Positions 52,098 to 64,000 of a stretch of 64,000 nt of DNA are shown here, in pieces. Both the position numbers and the translations under genes were made by a program. The notes beneath the pieces are model-generated. The model saw nothing but the letters and a program-made list of their open reading frames with translations. It ran no database searches and was not told where the DNA came from. The stretch spans positions 13,330,001 to 13,394,000 of the forward strand of contig NW_026889779.1 of assembly GCF_033153115.1 (NCBI RefSeq), in the 5' to 3' direction. The first letter of the stretch is position 1, and each line of letters begins with the position of its first letter. This stretch comes from Saccostrea echinata (Eukaryota).

Positions 52098-52676
52098 AAA
52101 TAAACGATAGTTACTTTCATCAGTATTTGACTCGATATATCCTAATGAACTCGAACTAAAAGACATCAGAGAGTCTGCGACATCTGTTTCATATCTGGAT
52201 GTTTTACTGACTATAGACGATAAGGGGCAACTAACACCTAAATAAGACAAATGAAACAATCTAATCTTTTCCATTGTCAACTTTTAGACAAGTAATATTC
52301 CACTATCATCTGCAAATGGTGTTTATGTCTCCAATCAGCTTATTCGAAACTTAAGAGCATGCTCTGATTATGCTCAAATTTTAAATCGAGACAAGCTACT
52401 GACAGATAAGTTGATGTTACAGAGATTTTAACAACCCTATGTAAAGTCAGCATATTGTAGATTCTGTGGTCGTTATAATACAACCTTTCACTGGGTCGTA
52501 TTTTGTCTGACATATATCACACCAATATTTAGGCATTTGTATTTATACTAAATTTGACAACGGATTAATCCGTATATTTGACCAATGCATAAGTGTCATG
52601 GTGGATGTGAACGGTCGACAGGGGATACTTACTTTTCCTAGGTACCTGATACCACCTCTGGAATTTCCAGGGGTGA
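52098..52676 (+). mobile_element. 5'-truncated Penelope-like (Naiad-type) fragment
   Basis: DSIYPNELELKDIRESATSVSYLDVLL..., FSIVNF, LIRNLRACS; ends with GGTCGACAGGGGATACTTACTTTTCCTAGGTACCTGATACCACCTCTGG. Confidence 0.7.
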
Positions 52677-53319
52677 TGTAAGTACTGCATGTTGGTACAT
52701 TTCAAGCTTCCTCTTGCATTTTTAGGCATTGTTTTTAATTTTTTTCAGAGTGAAAAACAAAATTGTATCTTTATTCGATGCTCCATGATGTCCGTCAACT
52801 TAAACTTTTTTGACTTTTTTCAATAAGCTCTACCTTCCTTCAGCAATTGATTTCAGTTCAACTTAAGTCACAAACTGGCATGTGAATTTGAAATGATGTA
52901 AGAATTCTCAATTTGATTTTATTTCCATTACTAGTAATTCCGTTTTAGGAATATATAAATCAAGTGTATTTTTAGTAAATTGATAAATTCTGATGTGCCC
53001 CATGACCATTTTTGGCAGTTTTAAATTCTAAAATGCTTTTGAAACATGTCGTGATATATTTTAATTTTCTAATTCAAATTATTCAGATTTATTGCTTCAA
53101 TATGCCTACGAATTTGGTTTTAATATGACGCTGAATAAAAAAGCCATGACAAAAGTTTCTGTATTTTTTGGATGACCCCCAGTTGTCTGAAGCTTCCCCC
53201 ACCTACGACCGGATTTTCAGTTATTAATTTATTATGTAAATTAACGAAAAATGTCCTTGGAGAGACGAACCCCTCATAAAATGATGAATAGAATCATGTA
53301 TATGACGAAAATTGACTGA

Positions 53320-54975
53320 TCAAATATGAAGATAACGAACAGTAATCCAGCTCAAAAATCCATTGAAACAATACAAATTTAGAGAAGAGCAAATACGGAC
53401 CTCTAAAAACAACAGGGGTGGGATCAGGTGTCATGGAGGAGTAAGCATCCCCTTTCGATCGGTCACACCCGCCGTGTGCTGCTTGTCTTATAATCGGACA
53501 CACGGAAAAATCAGTAGACAATTCAGTGTGTAAATAATGGCCAGACAATTAGTTTGAAAAAGGTCAGTCAACAATCGACTAAATGATAGACTGTATTTGC
53601 AAAGTCATTGTATCGAATATTTAAGAATTTGCAAAATGTTGACTTCAACCGAGACTGTTGATATTCTTGTTTCATCAATTTATTTGTCAATAGCTTGCCT
53701 CGTTTTAGAAATTGTTCGTAAGTAAAGCATGCTCTTGTGTATCGAATCAAATGGGAGACATAAACTCCATTTGCAGGTGATAATGGTATATTGCAACATA
53801 AATAATGGTAGGTGACGATAGAAAAGTTGAAGTTATCACGTTTATCATTAATTTTTGTTGTGTTGTTAGTTACCATTGATGTCTTTTTTAAGTAAAATAC
53901 TCAAATATGAAACATGTGTCAGACTCTGTGGTATCTTTTAATTCGAGTTCAAAGGGATATAACGAATCAAAGTAGGAATGAAAATGAATATTGTCAATTG
54001 ATAAAACGTCGTCGATGTATCTAAATGTTGAATTTAATGACAAAGGAATAGACATATTTTTATGTAGAAGTTTTTGAATAAATTCTGCTTCATATGAACA
54101 CGTACAAACATAGGTCTGCTAATAACTGGGCGCAATTAGTACCCATGTAAATTCCGACAGATTGTTGGAAGACTTGATCTCCAAAAACTATAGAGATATT
54201 GTGAACCAGAAACTAATGCACCTTTTTGATATCAACTTCGGAGTACTTGTGTGTACAATCAGAACGTTTTTTTAACAAAATGATTTTGCAAATGACCGAT
54301 GACAAGGTAAGTAAATCTATGAGTTCCATTTTTACTGAAAAAAATCCAGCTGTCTATAGAGTCAAAAATATGGACTTTAATTTGTCGTGGGGAATGGTTA
54401 TATAAAGTGTTGAAAAGTCGTATGTTTTGATGTTACTGATTTTGGTAAAATTTTGTGATTTCATTTCTAAAAAGTCCTTGGAATTTTTAAGTATCAACAC
54501 GTGATTTACACCACTTTTCGAATATATTGTTGTTCAGTACTCCTGAAGTTTTTTCACCATTGTTAATAAATTAGTGAGGAGTATAAAAAGAGGCTTGGTA
54601 GAACATTTACTGGAACCCGCTATGTATCTTTGTAAGGATTTTTAATATGTAGTTTAGGAATCCAGAATAGGTATAGTAATTCAAAGTCGATTTGATTGTT
54701 GGAAATATTAAAAAATATTTAAAACTGACATATGACATTGAAGAATTTTCTCCTTAGAAATAAATCTATAAGTTGGGTTACCACTTGTAGAATTAAATCA
54801 ATATTCCTCTAAAATACAATTAAAATAATGAACCTTACAAAGACAATGTTGTTATCTGTTTCGTGAACTGGGACAAATACATATTGATCATGTAATCTAT
54901 CTAGTTCTTTTTTCACTTCTGAATTATTGAAGACAGAATATGATAAATGGTTTTCATATTGCCCCTCAGTCTTAC
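53320..54975 (-). mobile_element. Degraded Penelope-like (Naiad-type) reverse transcriptase
   Basis: Frameshifted RT motifs in order: YVFVPVHETDNNIVFV, WIPKLH, RYIAGSSKCSTKPL, KTYDFSTLYITIPHDK, VGIYMGTNCAQ, FRYIDDV, DKRDNFNFSIV...GVYVSHLIRYTRAC. Same 3' module as the other copies. Confidence 0.85.
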
Positions 54976-56069
54976 TGAGTAAAGTGAATTGTACTACCCA
55001 TTTCTTTAAGGTATTTCCACTCTCATGTGATGTCATAGGTTTTTGCAAAAACTGTTAATTTAAATTCATATCCCATAGAAACATATCTTTTAGAAGAATG
55101 TTTTTCAATGGGTGTAATAACAAATATTATTTCGTAAAAAAATTGAAACATTGAATATTTTCTTTATTTAATCAATTATTCAATCTTTAAAAAGTGTGGC
55201 TAAGGGCAATAACTCCTTATCATGTATCTATATTCAGGCATTTTCCTTACTGCACTGTTTTCCCTGATATTCACAATTCAAACATATTTATAAAGAAGCA
55301 ATTATTTTGGAACTTTCAGCATCACAATTATGTATTTGAACCAGTTTTTACATTATTTTTATAATACTTTTTACTAAAAATGTAAGATTTTTAATGCTGA
55401 CATATGCTTCTGTTTATTTATGTCTTACATCTTAAAAAATATGGCAACTAGGGATGTCAACGAATAGTCGACTATTCAACTATCAGTCGAATAGACCGAC
55501 GATCGAATAATGAAACGAATTTCGAATATTATTATAATTATGCAATAAAGAATGATAACGAGATCGAATTTTTATCACAACATTGAGAAAACGTCTTCCC
55601 TCAGAGACAGTCTATAAGATAATTTTTCCGCAACAAAAATGGCTGATTTTTCCATGTACGTATAGAAAGTACAGTAAATATAAGTGCTTCAATACTGCGA
55701 GAATTAATTGATAGTAACTGCCTGTGTTGTTTTTGTAATAAATTACAATGTACCCACCAATAAACTTGGCTTTGTTTGTAAAATTGGACTGATCTTATAC
55801 CGTATACTAATTATCTCTTGTTATTTTAAGATTGCTTAAATGCAAGGAACAAACCATAGATGTGACATGTTTTGACACTTCGATAATTATTAAAACAATT
55901 CGCTTACATTTTAAACTGTCTAAGAACATTTTGATGGGCAGATCGATCAATGATTGAATTAGCAGTGTCTAACTGTAAAACAATTTCACAGGCACCTGAT
56001 GGATAGTGTGAGATGAATCCCCCCTCCCATTTATTTCATAATAAGCTTTAAAAAACATCAACTTATTTT

Positions 56070-56375
56070 TAGTAGCCTGCCTCGGTTTAAAAATTGACTG
56101 TACTGAGAGCATGCTCATGAATTAGTTGGGAGACATGATCACCATATGCAGGTGAAAGTGTAAATTACTACATAAATAAGGGAAGGCGACGATGAAAAGC
56201 TGAAATCATCTCGTTTGTCTAACATTTTAATTACTGGTATTAGATAACCATTACTGTCTATAGTCAGTAAAACATCCAGATATATAACAGATGTGGCGAA
56301 CTCAGTGGTGTTCTTTATTTCAAATTCACTGGGATATATCGAATCGACATACTAATGAAAGTTACTACTGATAAT
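56070..56375 (-). mobile_element. Penelope-like RT thumb-region fragment
   Basis: YVDSIYPSEFEIKNTTEFATSVIYLDVLL...DKRDDFSF; homologous to the other copies. Confidence 0.65.
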
Positions 56376-57915
56376 CTAACGGACAAGAATTTATGAAAAA
56401 AAAGTCCGAATTAAATTAGAATGCGATTTCAATGAACACTACGGCTTTTGAATGTAACAAAAGAGGCAAATTTTGTATCCTAATAGTGTGTGTAAAAATC
56501 CAGTCTCTTCAAATAACGACATCGAAGCCAGCTGAAGCAACATATTATGGACCAAACTTTGCAACACAACAATTCTTATACCTATAGAAGAAAATGTTTT
56601 ACTTCTAATTGTATATTATATATCAGACCAACTGACCAGATTAAACCGAATCTACACACAAGTTTTTTTGTATACTATTACGAACAAGGTTATTCAGATG
56701 AGCTGCGTGGTCCTAGGGCCTGTTGTTTGGGTATACTTGTTCTTTGTTAGAAATAAACAAGTGCCAACATGACTCTTTGACAATTAGCCATAAAAGTTCA
56801 ATAAACTGGTGGTATTTAAATGAGCCTTCTAGAACTGCTGTAATCATCCCGAGTTATCAGGAATACTACTGAGGTAAGTGTTAACTAACGAAAACATTTT
56901 TTAAAAAATAATTTTTAAAAAGCAGTGCTAGCAATATAGACAATGTGAGATATATGTATTGCACATTTAAACATTATTCCTTTGCAGAACATAAAGTGAG
57001 AACTTAAAAACTTCGTAAATTTTCATTTATGATGCTCTCTAAATATAACCAAGAACCAACAAAGTCTGAATTAATATCAAATTTGTAAACTTAAGTTTAA
57101 ATGCCTGCTTTTTTGTCGAAGTTCGAGCTTCGCATACAAAATACAAACTATATGAAAAGATATACTAGTAATAGGCATATCATTCCAGAAAGATCTGGTT
57201 TATTCCATTTTGCATATACATGTATGTCTTATTTATATAGCTAAGAATAATTATGCTTTCATGTAAAATATGTATAATGACATATACTCTTTTATGACAC
57301 ATGACATAAAATTTTATTTTGCTATTAAAATGCCGTAACTGATGACAGCAAAGAGAGAAAAAAATCAATAACTTAGTTAAGTATGGTGCTCGGAATGGGT
57401 CATGTGCACAGTGCAACAGTCGTGTAACCTAGTTATGCTACGGTAACCGCACTAAATCGTGTGGGAAAAATGCAATGACAACCTCTTTGACAATCCATCC
57501 TAATTTTTCCACACCAAGAGTTCTAGGGATTGATATACTGTTGCACACTGTCACGAGTTGCGATGTTTTGCCATCACAAAAATGCTCAAAATGAAGGTCG
57601 CAAAATTACAATGTACTTCTATTACATGTAGCTGTACATGTCAGCTGTAATAAAAATATTACTAATTATTTTCGAAAGAAAGATAAGATGATCAAATTGA
57701 TGTTTATTCAATTGTAAAAAGAAATTTAAAACAGTATAATTACTAGTATTTTGAAGAGAAAAACACTTTTAAAAGGCATCATATTTTGACAGAAATATTG
57801 CACAAAATTATAATTTGAAAATTATGGCAAAATCTGCCTTTTTTGGCTTTCTTTACACGATTTTTTGTTCCTTTCCAGCGTGTACACGATCCCCTCTTTT
57901 TGTTTCTAAGCGACA

Positions 57916-60609
57916 ATGGCCAAGCCATCCGGCAAACAGTTGACTTATCCACCAGAGGAGGCAAGTACATAACATAATTTGCATGTTAATGAACAAATTC
58001 AGTTGATCATTTTTTTATGTGTGTTTGAACTGGTATATCCCTTTCTGCTCTGTGTAATTATTGGTATTCATCGACATACTTAATTGAATTTACAATTTAG
58101 GTCGATCCATTAGAAGTTTTGTCAAAGAAAATTGGACACAGTGTAGAAGATGAAATAGAAGTCGAGAAAAAAACCGCTGTTCCAGAGGGAACACTACTGG
58201 TAAGATTTCCAGAAGAAACACTACTGAAACGAGTATAAAAGGTAAAATACTGGTAAGATTTCTAGATGGAACATAACTGGTAAGTGTTCCAAATGGAACT
58301 CTACTGGAAACAGTTCCAAGGAAAAAAATACTGACAAGAGTTTCAAAGGGTATGCTACTGGCAAGAGTTCCAAAGGGAACATTACTGGTAAGACTTCCAA
58401 AGGGGGCACTACTGCTAGCGGTTCCAATTTGGAAACTACCGATGAGAGTTCCAAAAGGGACACTTCTGGTAAGATTTCCAGAGTGGACACTATCGGAAAG
58501 AGTTCCAGACTGGACACTACGGGTAAAAAATCCAAAATGGACACTACTGCTAAGATTTATCGAGTGAACACTACTGCAAAGAGTTCCAGAGTGGACACTA
58601 AAAGGTCTCCTAAACGGAGGATTGTATTGATTGTAGCGCTATCTGCATTTTTTTACGTTAGGATGTGTCTTGTTTAACATAAAAAAGAGAGTTTTGAAAA
58701 ATAATAAAATGCCAAAGAATGAAAGAAAATAATCACAGACAGCTCACAGTGGCTTAAGTTCCCAAAAGAAAATCAATGCCCCTCGAAGACATATTGTGTG
58801 ATTTAATTAATACATTCACCCCACCCCGTAGGGGTGGGGGGAGGGGTGAATGTATTACCAGAATTACATTTTTTTTTCTCTTGTTCAACTTTAGTTTCAC
58901 ATAATTATATTATTTTTATTACAATCAGGTCTTCAACATCTTAGTAATATTGATTTGTGATTTTAGAGCCATTTTGTTACGGGCAACCAGGTGCAGTTGG
59001 TCTCAAAAATAAGTGGACGAGCACTCAGGATTGTACAGGATCGGTTTGGTAAACTCAAAGTAGACGGTAGGGGAGACCTGGGGGAACAAGAATGGAATGG
59101 TAAATTTTGTTCATGTTATTTTTGTTTGTTTGATTAATATATTTATAATCAGAGGGTTTTTTCAGGGAAAAGAGGAACGTACGTGCTCTTTTCTTTTTTA
59201 ATATTTGTATTTGTCAACCCATTAATCAGTTTTGAGCGTGTTCAGTATAATTCGTCCAACATGATCATATAAATCTGAATATATGTTAACGTTTTACACT
59301 GTGTTATGTCGTTTCAGCTGTCTGGACAGTTATTAATGAAAAGCACAACATGGAGATTCGCCTTCATAATAACTTTAATTTCTTGGCTATAAATAATGGA
59401 GAAACTAGAGTTGTTCACGTGGTGAGTACAGATTGGTTTTATTACTGTGGATACACAGTGAAAGAAAAGTTTACAGACATAAGTACATTCTGTCAATTTA
59501 TTCTGTAAATTAATGTAGCTGCGTAAATCTAAATTTCATTTTTTTTAACTCATACTAGTAATTGAAATAAACAAGAAAAATAATTTTTTAAAAAAAGAAA
59601 TATTGCTTTCACAATTGTTTCAAACATTCAATAATAATCAACATTTTACCTGTTTTTTTTTTTTATCTACTAATATGATTATACTAACATACCACTCTTA
59701 CCTATGGTGTTTGGTTGACAATATTTCTTAGCCGGAGGAAAAGGAGCACGATAGGTTGGACACATTGCTTCTATTGGTTCTAGATCCAGAAAATTTTGTG
59801 GCCCTGGAATCAGTGAAGGAACCTGAAAAATGTGTAGGGGTAGAAGCCAACGGGGCTTTGAGATCAGCGGAGAAAACGTTCGTCCATGATGACCATGCCA
59901 TGTTCGGTGTACACTTGATTGTAAGAATGCTTTGAAAATATTTATACTTAACACAAGTATAAAATACGGGAAAAAATTTTTTATTTCTTTAAACGTAGCT
60001 TTATTCCAAAATAATCAAACCAAAAAAACTATTTGATAGCAATCATCTTAGTACCTTGAGAAAAACAACTAAATACTCAACAGTGATACTTAATTCAGAA
60101 AAATTCCACAGTTGGAAACTAACTAGTAACATAATATAGCTTTGCTGCGTTTCTTGAAAGACAGGGGTATTAATCTTAATAAAATTGCCAAATCTCTTAA
60201 AAGTTTTTCAACGTTCATGTAAAACATCATGAATTGTATTTGGACTGTACACAATTCAAATAACTAATCCAGTAAAGAAAGCAAGAAAAATAATGTGATG
60301 TAATAAAAACTAGAACTGAATTATAACTAGTATATTTGGTGAGACTCAAAGGTTACACATAAACACACTGAAAAATATGAGTAGTGGCTTAATGTTGTAT
60401 GTTTTGAAAACACTTTACATATAAATATATTGACTAAGTGTACAGATAAATATGTAATATACAGCTTAATTAAGTCTACCTAAGGTAGATAATATGCAAG
60501 CATTTCTTTCTACATACTAGGTATACTAGTACTAATACATATACATCTTTTGATATGTGTATAATGTCTTATAATCAATTTCCTTTTACAGAAGCAAGTT
60601 TCTAATTAA
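57916..60609 (+). CDS. Uncharacterised 195-aa beta-trefoil-like (fascin/FGF-fold-like) protein
   Basis: Exons 57916-57960 (GC donor GAG|GCAAGT), 58101-58199, 58967-59099, 59318-59421, 59732-59920, 60592-60609 join in frame. Three internal pseudo-repeats: FVTGNQVQLVSKISGRALRI..VDGRG..AVWTV / IRLHNNFNFLAINNG / FVALESVKEPEKCVGVEANG..AMFGV. Likely 5'UTR exon donor at 56874. Not present in the ORF track. Confidence 0.75.
58179..58600 (+). repeat. 27-bp tandem repeat built from an exon end plus its 5' splice site
   Basis: About 15 units of TTCCAGAGGGAACACTACTGGTAAGA(T/G); the first unit spans the exon/intron junction at 58199/58200. Confidence 0.85.
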
Positions 60610-61544
60610 CTTGAAAAGACGGTGTTAAAGGATTCAAGTAAAGGGAACTCCATTGATGAAGTAAATCAATGAATGAGACAAATATAATGTATTGTCAAAT
60701 TATGCTTTTTTCTCACTATTTACCTCAGTATTTTCAGTATTACGTCCAGAAAACGTATAAGTATTAAAGAAAATTCTACAATATCTATAGATGTTTATAA
60801 CTGATAATTCTTTTGTAAAAAACAAAATCATTTTTACAATGTAAGTATTTTTATACTTATTCTGTAATCAACGTTTGATATTAATGTAAAAAAAAAATCA
60901 ATCACTTTTAAATTAGTGTCAATGTCACTAAGAAGCCTTTTCGTACACAGTAGAGGCATGCTGTATTCTTTTACGATGAAATAAATCTACGTTGTATTCA
61001 TATAATTATCTGAAAAATATAGAGATTGGCTAAAAAGTAAAGAGAGGAAGATGTTTAATGCTGAATCTTTAAAACATTTTATTTAAAATGCTTTTAAAAT
61101 AGCTTTACAATTAAACGAACTGCAGTCATTATTTATAATTATACATGTAATTAGTTGCACGGAAGATTAAAAATAAGACATGTGGAACACTTGTCCTAAA
61201 CCACAATGCTGGCATTTTTTTCACGTTTTCCAATATGCATACTCAGGATACATGTTCTTGACTTAAGCATAGTTCAAAGAGTATAAATATATTGTATATT
61301 ATTTTGTCTTTTTTTTTCTTTATCAACAATTGGAAACCTTTATTTACTCAATAATTGGACCGTTCTTTTTGCAGTTTGGGCATTTTTTTTTTTTGTTCTT
61401 TGGTTGGTTGCTTTTCTTTTTTTATGAGACTTCTTGTCAGTCAAGAACTATAAACATGTTATTGATGTAAATTGGAGAAGGTGGAAAGGAAATCTTTATA
61501 CATTAAAAAATATTTCAAAATTGATTTTACACGAGAACTTGCTT

Positions 61545-61633
61545 CTTATTCTAATGAAAAATGTTTAATTTAAAAATTACTGAAAAATGTTTAATTTAAA
61601 AATTACTGAAAAATGTTTAATTTAAAAATTACT
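61545..61633. repeat. 26-bp tandem repeat, about 3 copies
   Basis: TGAAAAATGTTTAATTTAAAAATTAC repeated. Confidence 0.8.
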
Positions 61634-61965
61634 ATTTTGAAGTCCAATATGAGAAAAGACTGTACAGTCATGAGTATCGTGGGTAACATGAGTTCTTTCA
61701 AATGTACTATATAGAACATAAAGAAATTATTATATCTTTTTATTCTTTAGAAATAAAATTGTTCCGAAACAATAGTTTCACTTTTTTCTTCCATTGACCA
61801 TGACATTGAAATGAACCCGAGTATAATTCTTCGTCACACCTAACCGAGAAAAAAATCTCATCTAAAATTGTTTCCTTTTCTGATATTCAAATCCTTGCTT
61901 TGAATAAATGTGATTTTATGCAGTATATTCTGGCAAAACTTTGACTTTGTTGACTTTGATGGGTT

Positions 61966-63380
61966 TTAATGATTTTCTCCTGAAGGTCAAATTTTGACTA
62001 AGTCTGCTTTAAATCCATTTCTACAAAATTAATCTAAATCAGGAACCTTCAAGGAAGCCCTCTTTACTCCTTAAGATTCGTATTTTGTAGCGGGGGGTGT
62101 ACAGAAGAATATGAGAAGATGACCAAATATATTAACTTGCTGTCTGATTTTTTTTTACTGTTGGGTGAAGTGTTATCTCATTTGAAAAACAATTCTTGAC
62201 TAATGTGTTTTTAATTCAGATGATTTAAAAACACAACTATGTATTAATTATTTCAAATATTGGGACCAGATACATTTAATGCTTTACCTGAGTGATCACC
62301 CACTACTTTAGCATAAACATTTCCTTGTCTGTAACTGTCAAGCTCATCATACTGGGATCTGTAAATGCATCGCATAATTAATATATCAATACATGTACAT
62401 TATATTATTATCTACTACATATGGGCCAGTTTTAAAATATTCTTTTACCATTAGACATTCCTTATCTTACCTCGATGTTTGCTCTTGATTAACACCTTCT
62501 AAAGCAATAAAAATATTGAGTATGTTTATTATTGCATTAAATTCTGTCATATAATCTAAATCTTTTTCTTTATCCTAGAACATTTCTTAAATCGACAGGA
62601 ATGATTTTTTTTCCCTTTAAAATTCATGATGAGAAACAAATAATTCATTTACCACCCGTTTCTTTGGCGACGTCTGAATACTGATGGTCCTCGTCCTTCG
62701 TAATGTCCTCCATAACGTAATCTGGATTTTTACTGAAAGTAGTTTGAAGGCACTGTTTAAGTTAGCCATGATTAGAATGTACAACTAAAGAGTGGATTAT
62801 AAAGATTTTCAGGTACTTACACTTTTTTCTCACCACAGCTTATATCTAAAATAAATCAAATGTATTCTTTTTTTCAATAACATCGAAGTTCGACCATGAT
62901 ATTACAGTTAGAGTTTTCCATTTTCCACATGAAAAAGGCGAAGATAACGAATTGTAATCTATCTTTTAAAAAACAATACAAATCTGTGAATAGAGCATAA
63001 AACACGGACCCCTGGAAATTTCAGAGATTGGATCAGATGCCTCGGGGGAGTTAGCATCTACATCTACTTTTTTCGTAAAACGATGCATTTATTGTGATTT
63101 TGACATATTCATTAAAACCGAAGAAATGCTCTTCCAATTTTACACATTCATTTTTCGTTTTAAAATTTATAACGTAATACACTTTCTGAACATAGCGCTT
63201 TTAAGAAGGAATGAGAAAGAAATGAAATTTAAACTAAAGATAAAATATATGTAGTACATGTTTATTTTTTACCTCTACTTTGAAGACACTTTGTTACGAT
63301 GATAAATGTGAGAAGGCCTATGCATATCAAAAGGAAAATCCCAAACAACGACCCGAATACTGATGTTAGGGATCCACATT
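61966..63380 (-). CDS. Single-pass type I membrane receptor, TM and cytoplasmic exons only (ectodomain beyond window)
   Basis: Phase-consistent exons 63380-63273 (TM: SVFGSLFGIFLLICIGLLTFIIVT), 62845-62821, 62732-62653 (KNPDY...HQYSDV), 62498-62471, 62358-62288 (SQYDELDSYRQGNVYAKV). The terminal exon is uncertain (61979-61966, and/or one starting at 62176). Confidence 0.7.
62930..63058 (-). mobile_element. Isolated 3' tail of the Penelope-like family
   Basis: GAAGATAACGAA...CGGACCCCTGG...GGATCAGATGCC..GGAGTTAGCATC matches 53329-53450 and 50690-50810. Confidence 0.65.
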
Positions 63381-64000
63381 CTGTAAGAGAAAAGTTGTCA
63401 AAGTAGAGGTTTATATATAATATTTTGAATTATTTTTATTTAACAGGGTGATATTTGTCTAAATTATCAACTTCATCTTCAGTTGGGTTGGACAAGTTAA
63501 ATTTTCAATATTTATTCTTTTAAATATATATTTTAATACACAGGTAAAATACAGATAATTCCAGGTAAATCCCAGGTGGAGATCAGACTATAATTGGTAT
63601 CAAAACATATTTCACACCTATTGTTCTATACCTAATTATCAAATGTGTGCAAAACGGGAACACACCGTTGCCTACATGTACGTCACAATGACTTACGTCA
63701 AAAACGTATCAATTCGCTTGACAAAACATTTAAAATACGTATAATTTGAAGGCCTTTTTGAAAGAGAAATTGTCTTATTTTCTACACTTATTGATGGAAA
63801 TAATTTAAAAAAATTTAATAGCTACCCAAGTTATACTGGTATAACCTGGGTTGGAACATTTAACGCTTTTTTATAAACCGTTTCGAGGTTTATAAATCGT
63901 AAACTACTCCAACCAAGATTATACAGCATAATTTGGGTAGCTATTAAATTCATTCCTGAAATATTAGTTATAGTCTTCAAAGATAAAAAAAAAATTGTTC

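Noticed and set aside
58221-58677. Repetitive ORFs in three frames (DTTGKSSRV / LELFPV repeats)
   Set aside because: Produced by the 27-bp repeat; indels break the frames, and the region is better explained as intron after the donor at 58200.
59679-59954. 91-aa minus-strand ORF
   Set aside because: Antisense to exon 59732-59920 of the beta-trefoil-like gene.

Overview
AT-rich, intron-containing animal genomic DNA. It is most likely an oyster or other bivalve, inferred from Cg170-like satellite/Helentron repeats and Naiad-type Penelope-like elements. There are two assembly gaps (2108-2243, 35235-35371). I reconstructed spliced gene models by hand from splice sites and exon phase: (1) 3' part of a CRACD/KIAA1211-like gene (+); (2) a GRXCR-family glutaredoxin/Cys-rich gene (-); (3) a small secreted Gly/Tyr/Ser-rich protein (+); (4) GABPA (-), head-to-head with (5) ATP5PF/coupling factor 6 (+), the same pairing as in mammals; (6) PIH1D2 (-); (7) a single-coding-exon beta-propeller-like gene (+); (8) a small beta-trefoil-like gene (+) with a GC-AG intron and a tandem array of duplicated 5' splice sites; (9) the TM/cytoplasmic end of a type I receptor (-) with NPxY and ITAM/ITIM-like motifs. 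Mobile DNA includes two loci of a miniature LTR retrotransposon (TRIM) whose LTRs carry a tRNA-Thr-like Pol III cassette, Helentron-type elements with internal satellites, nested MITEs with TSDs, and five Penelope-like (Naiad-type) RT fragments, four of which share a structured 3' module. All family assignments rest on motif recognition; no searches were run.
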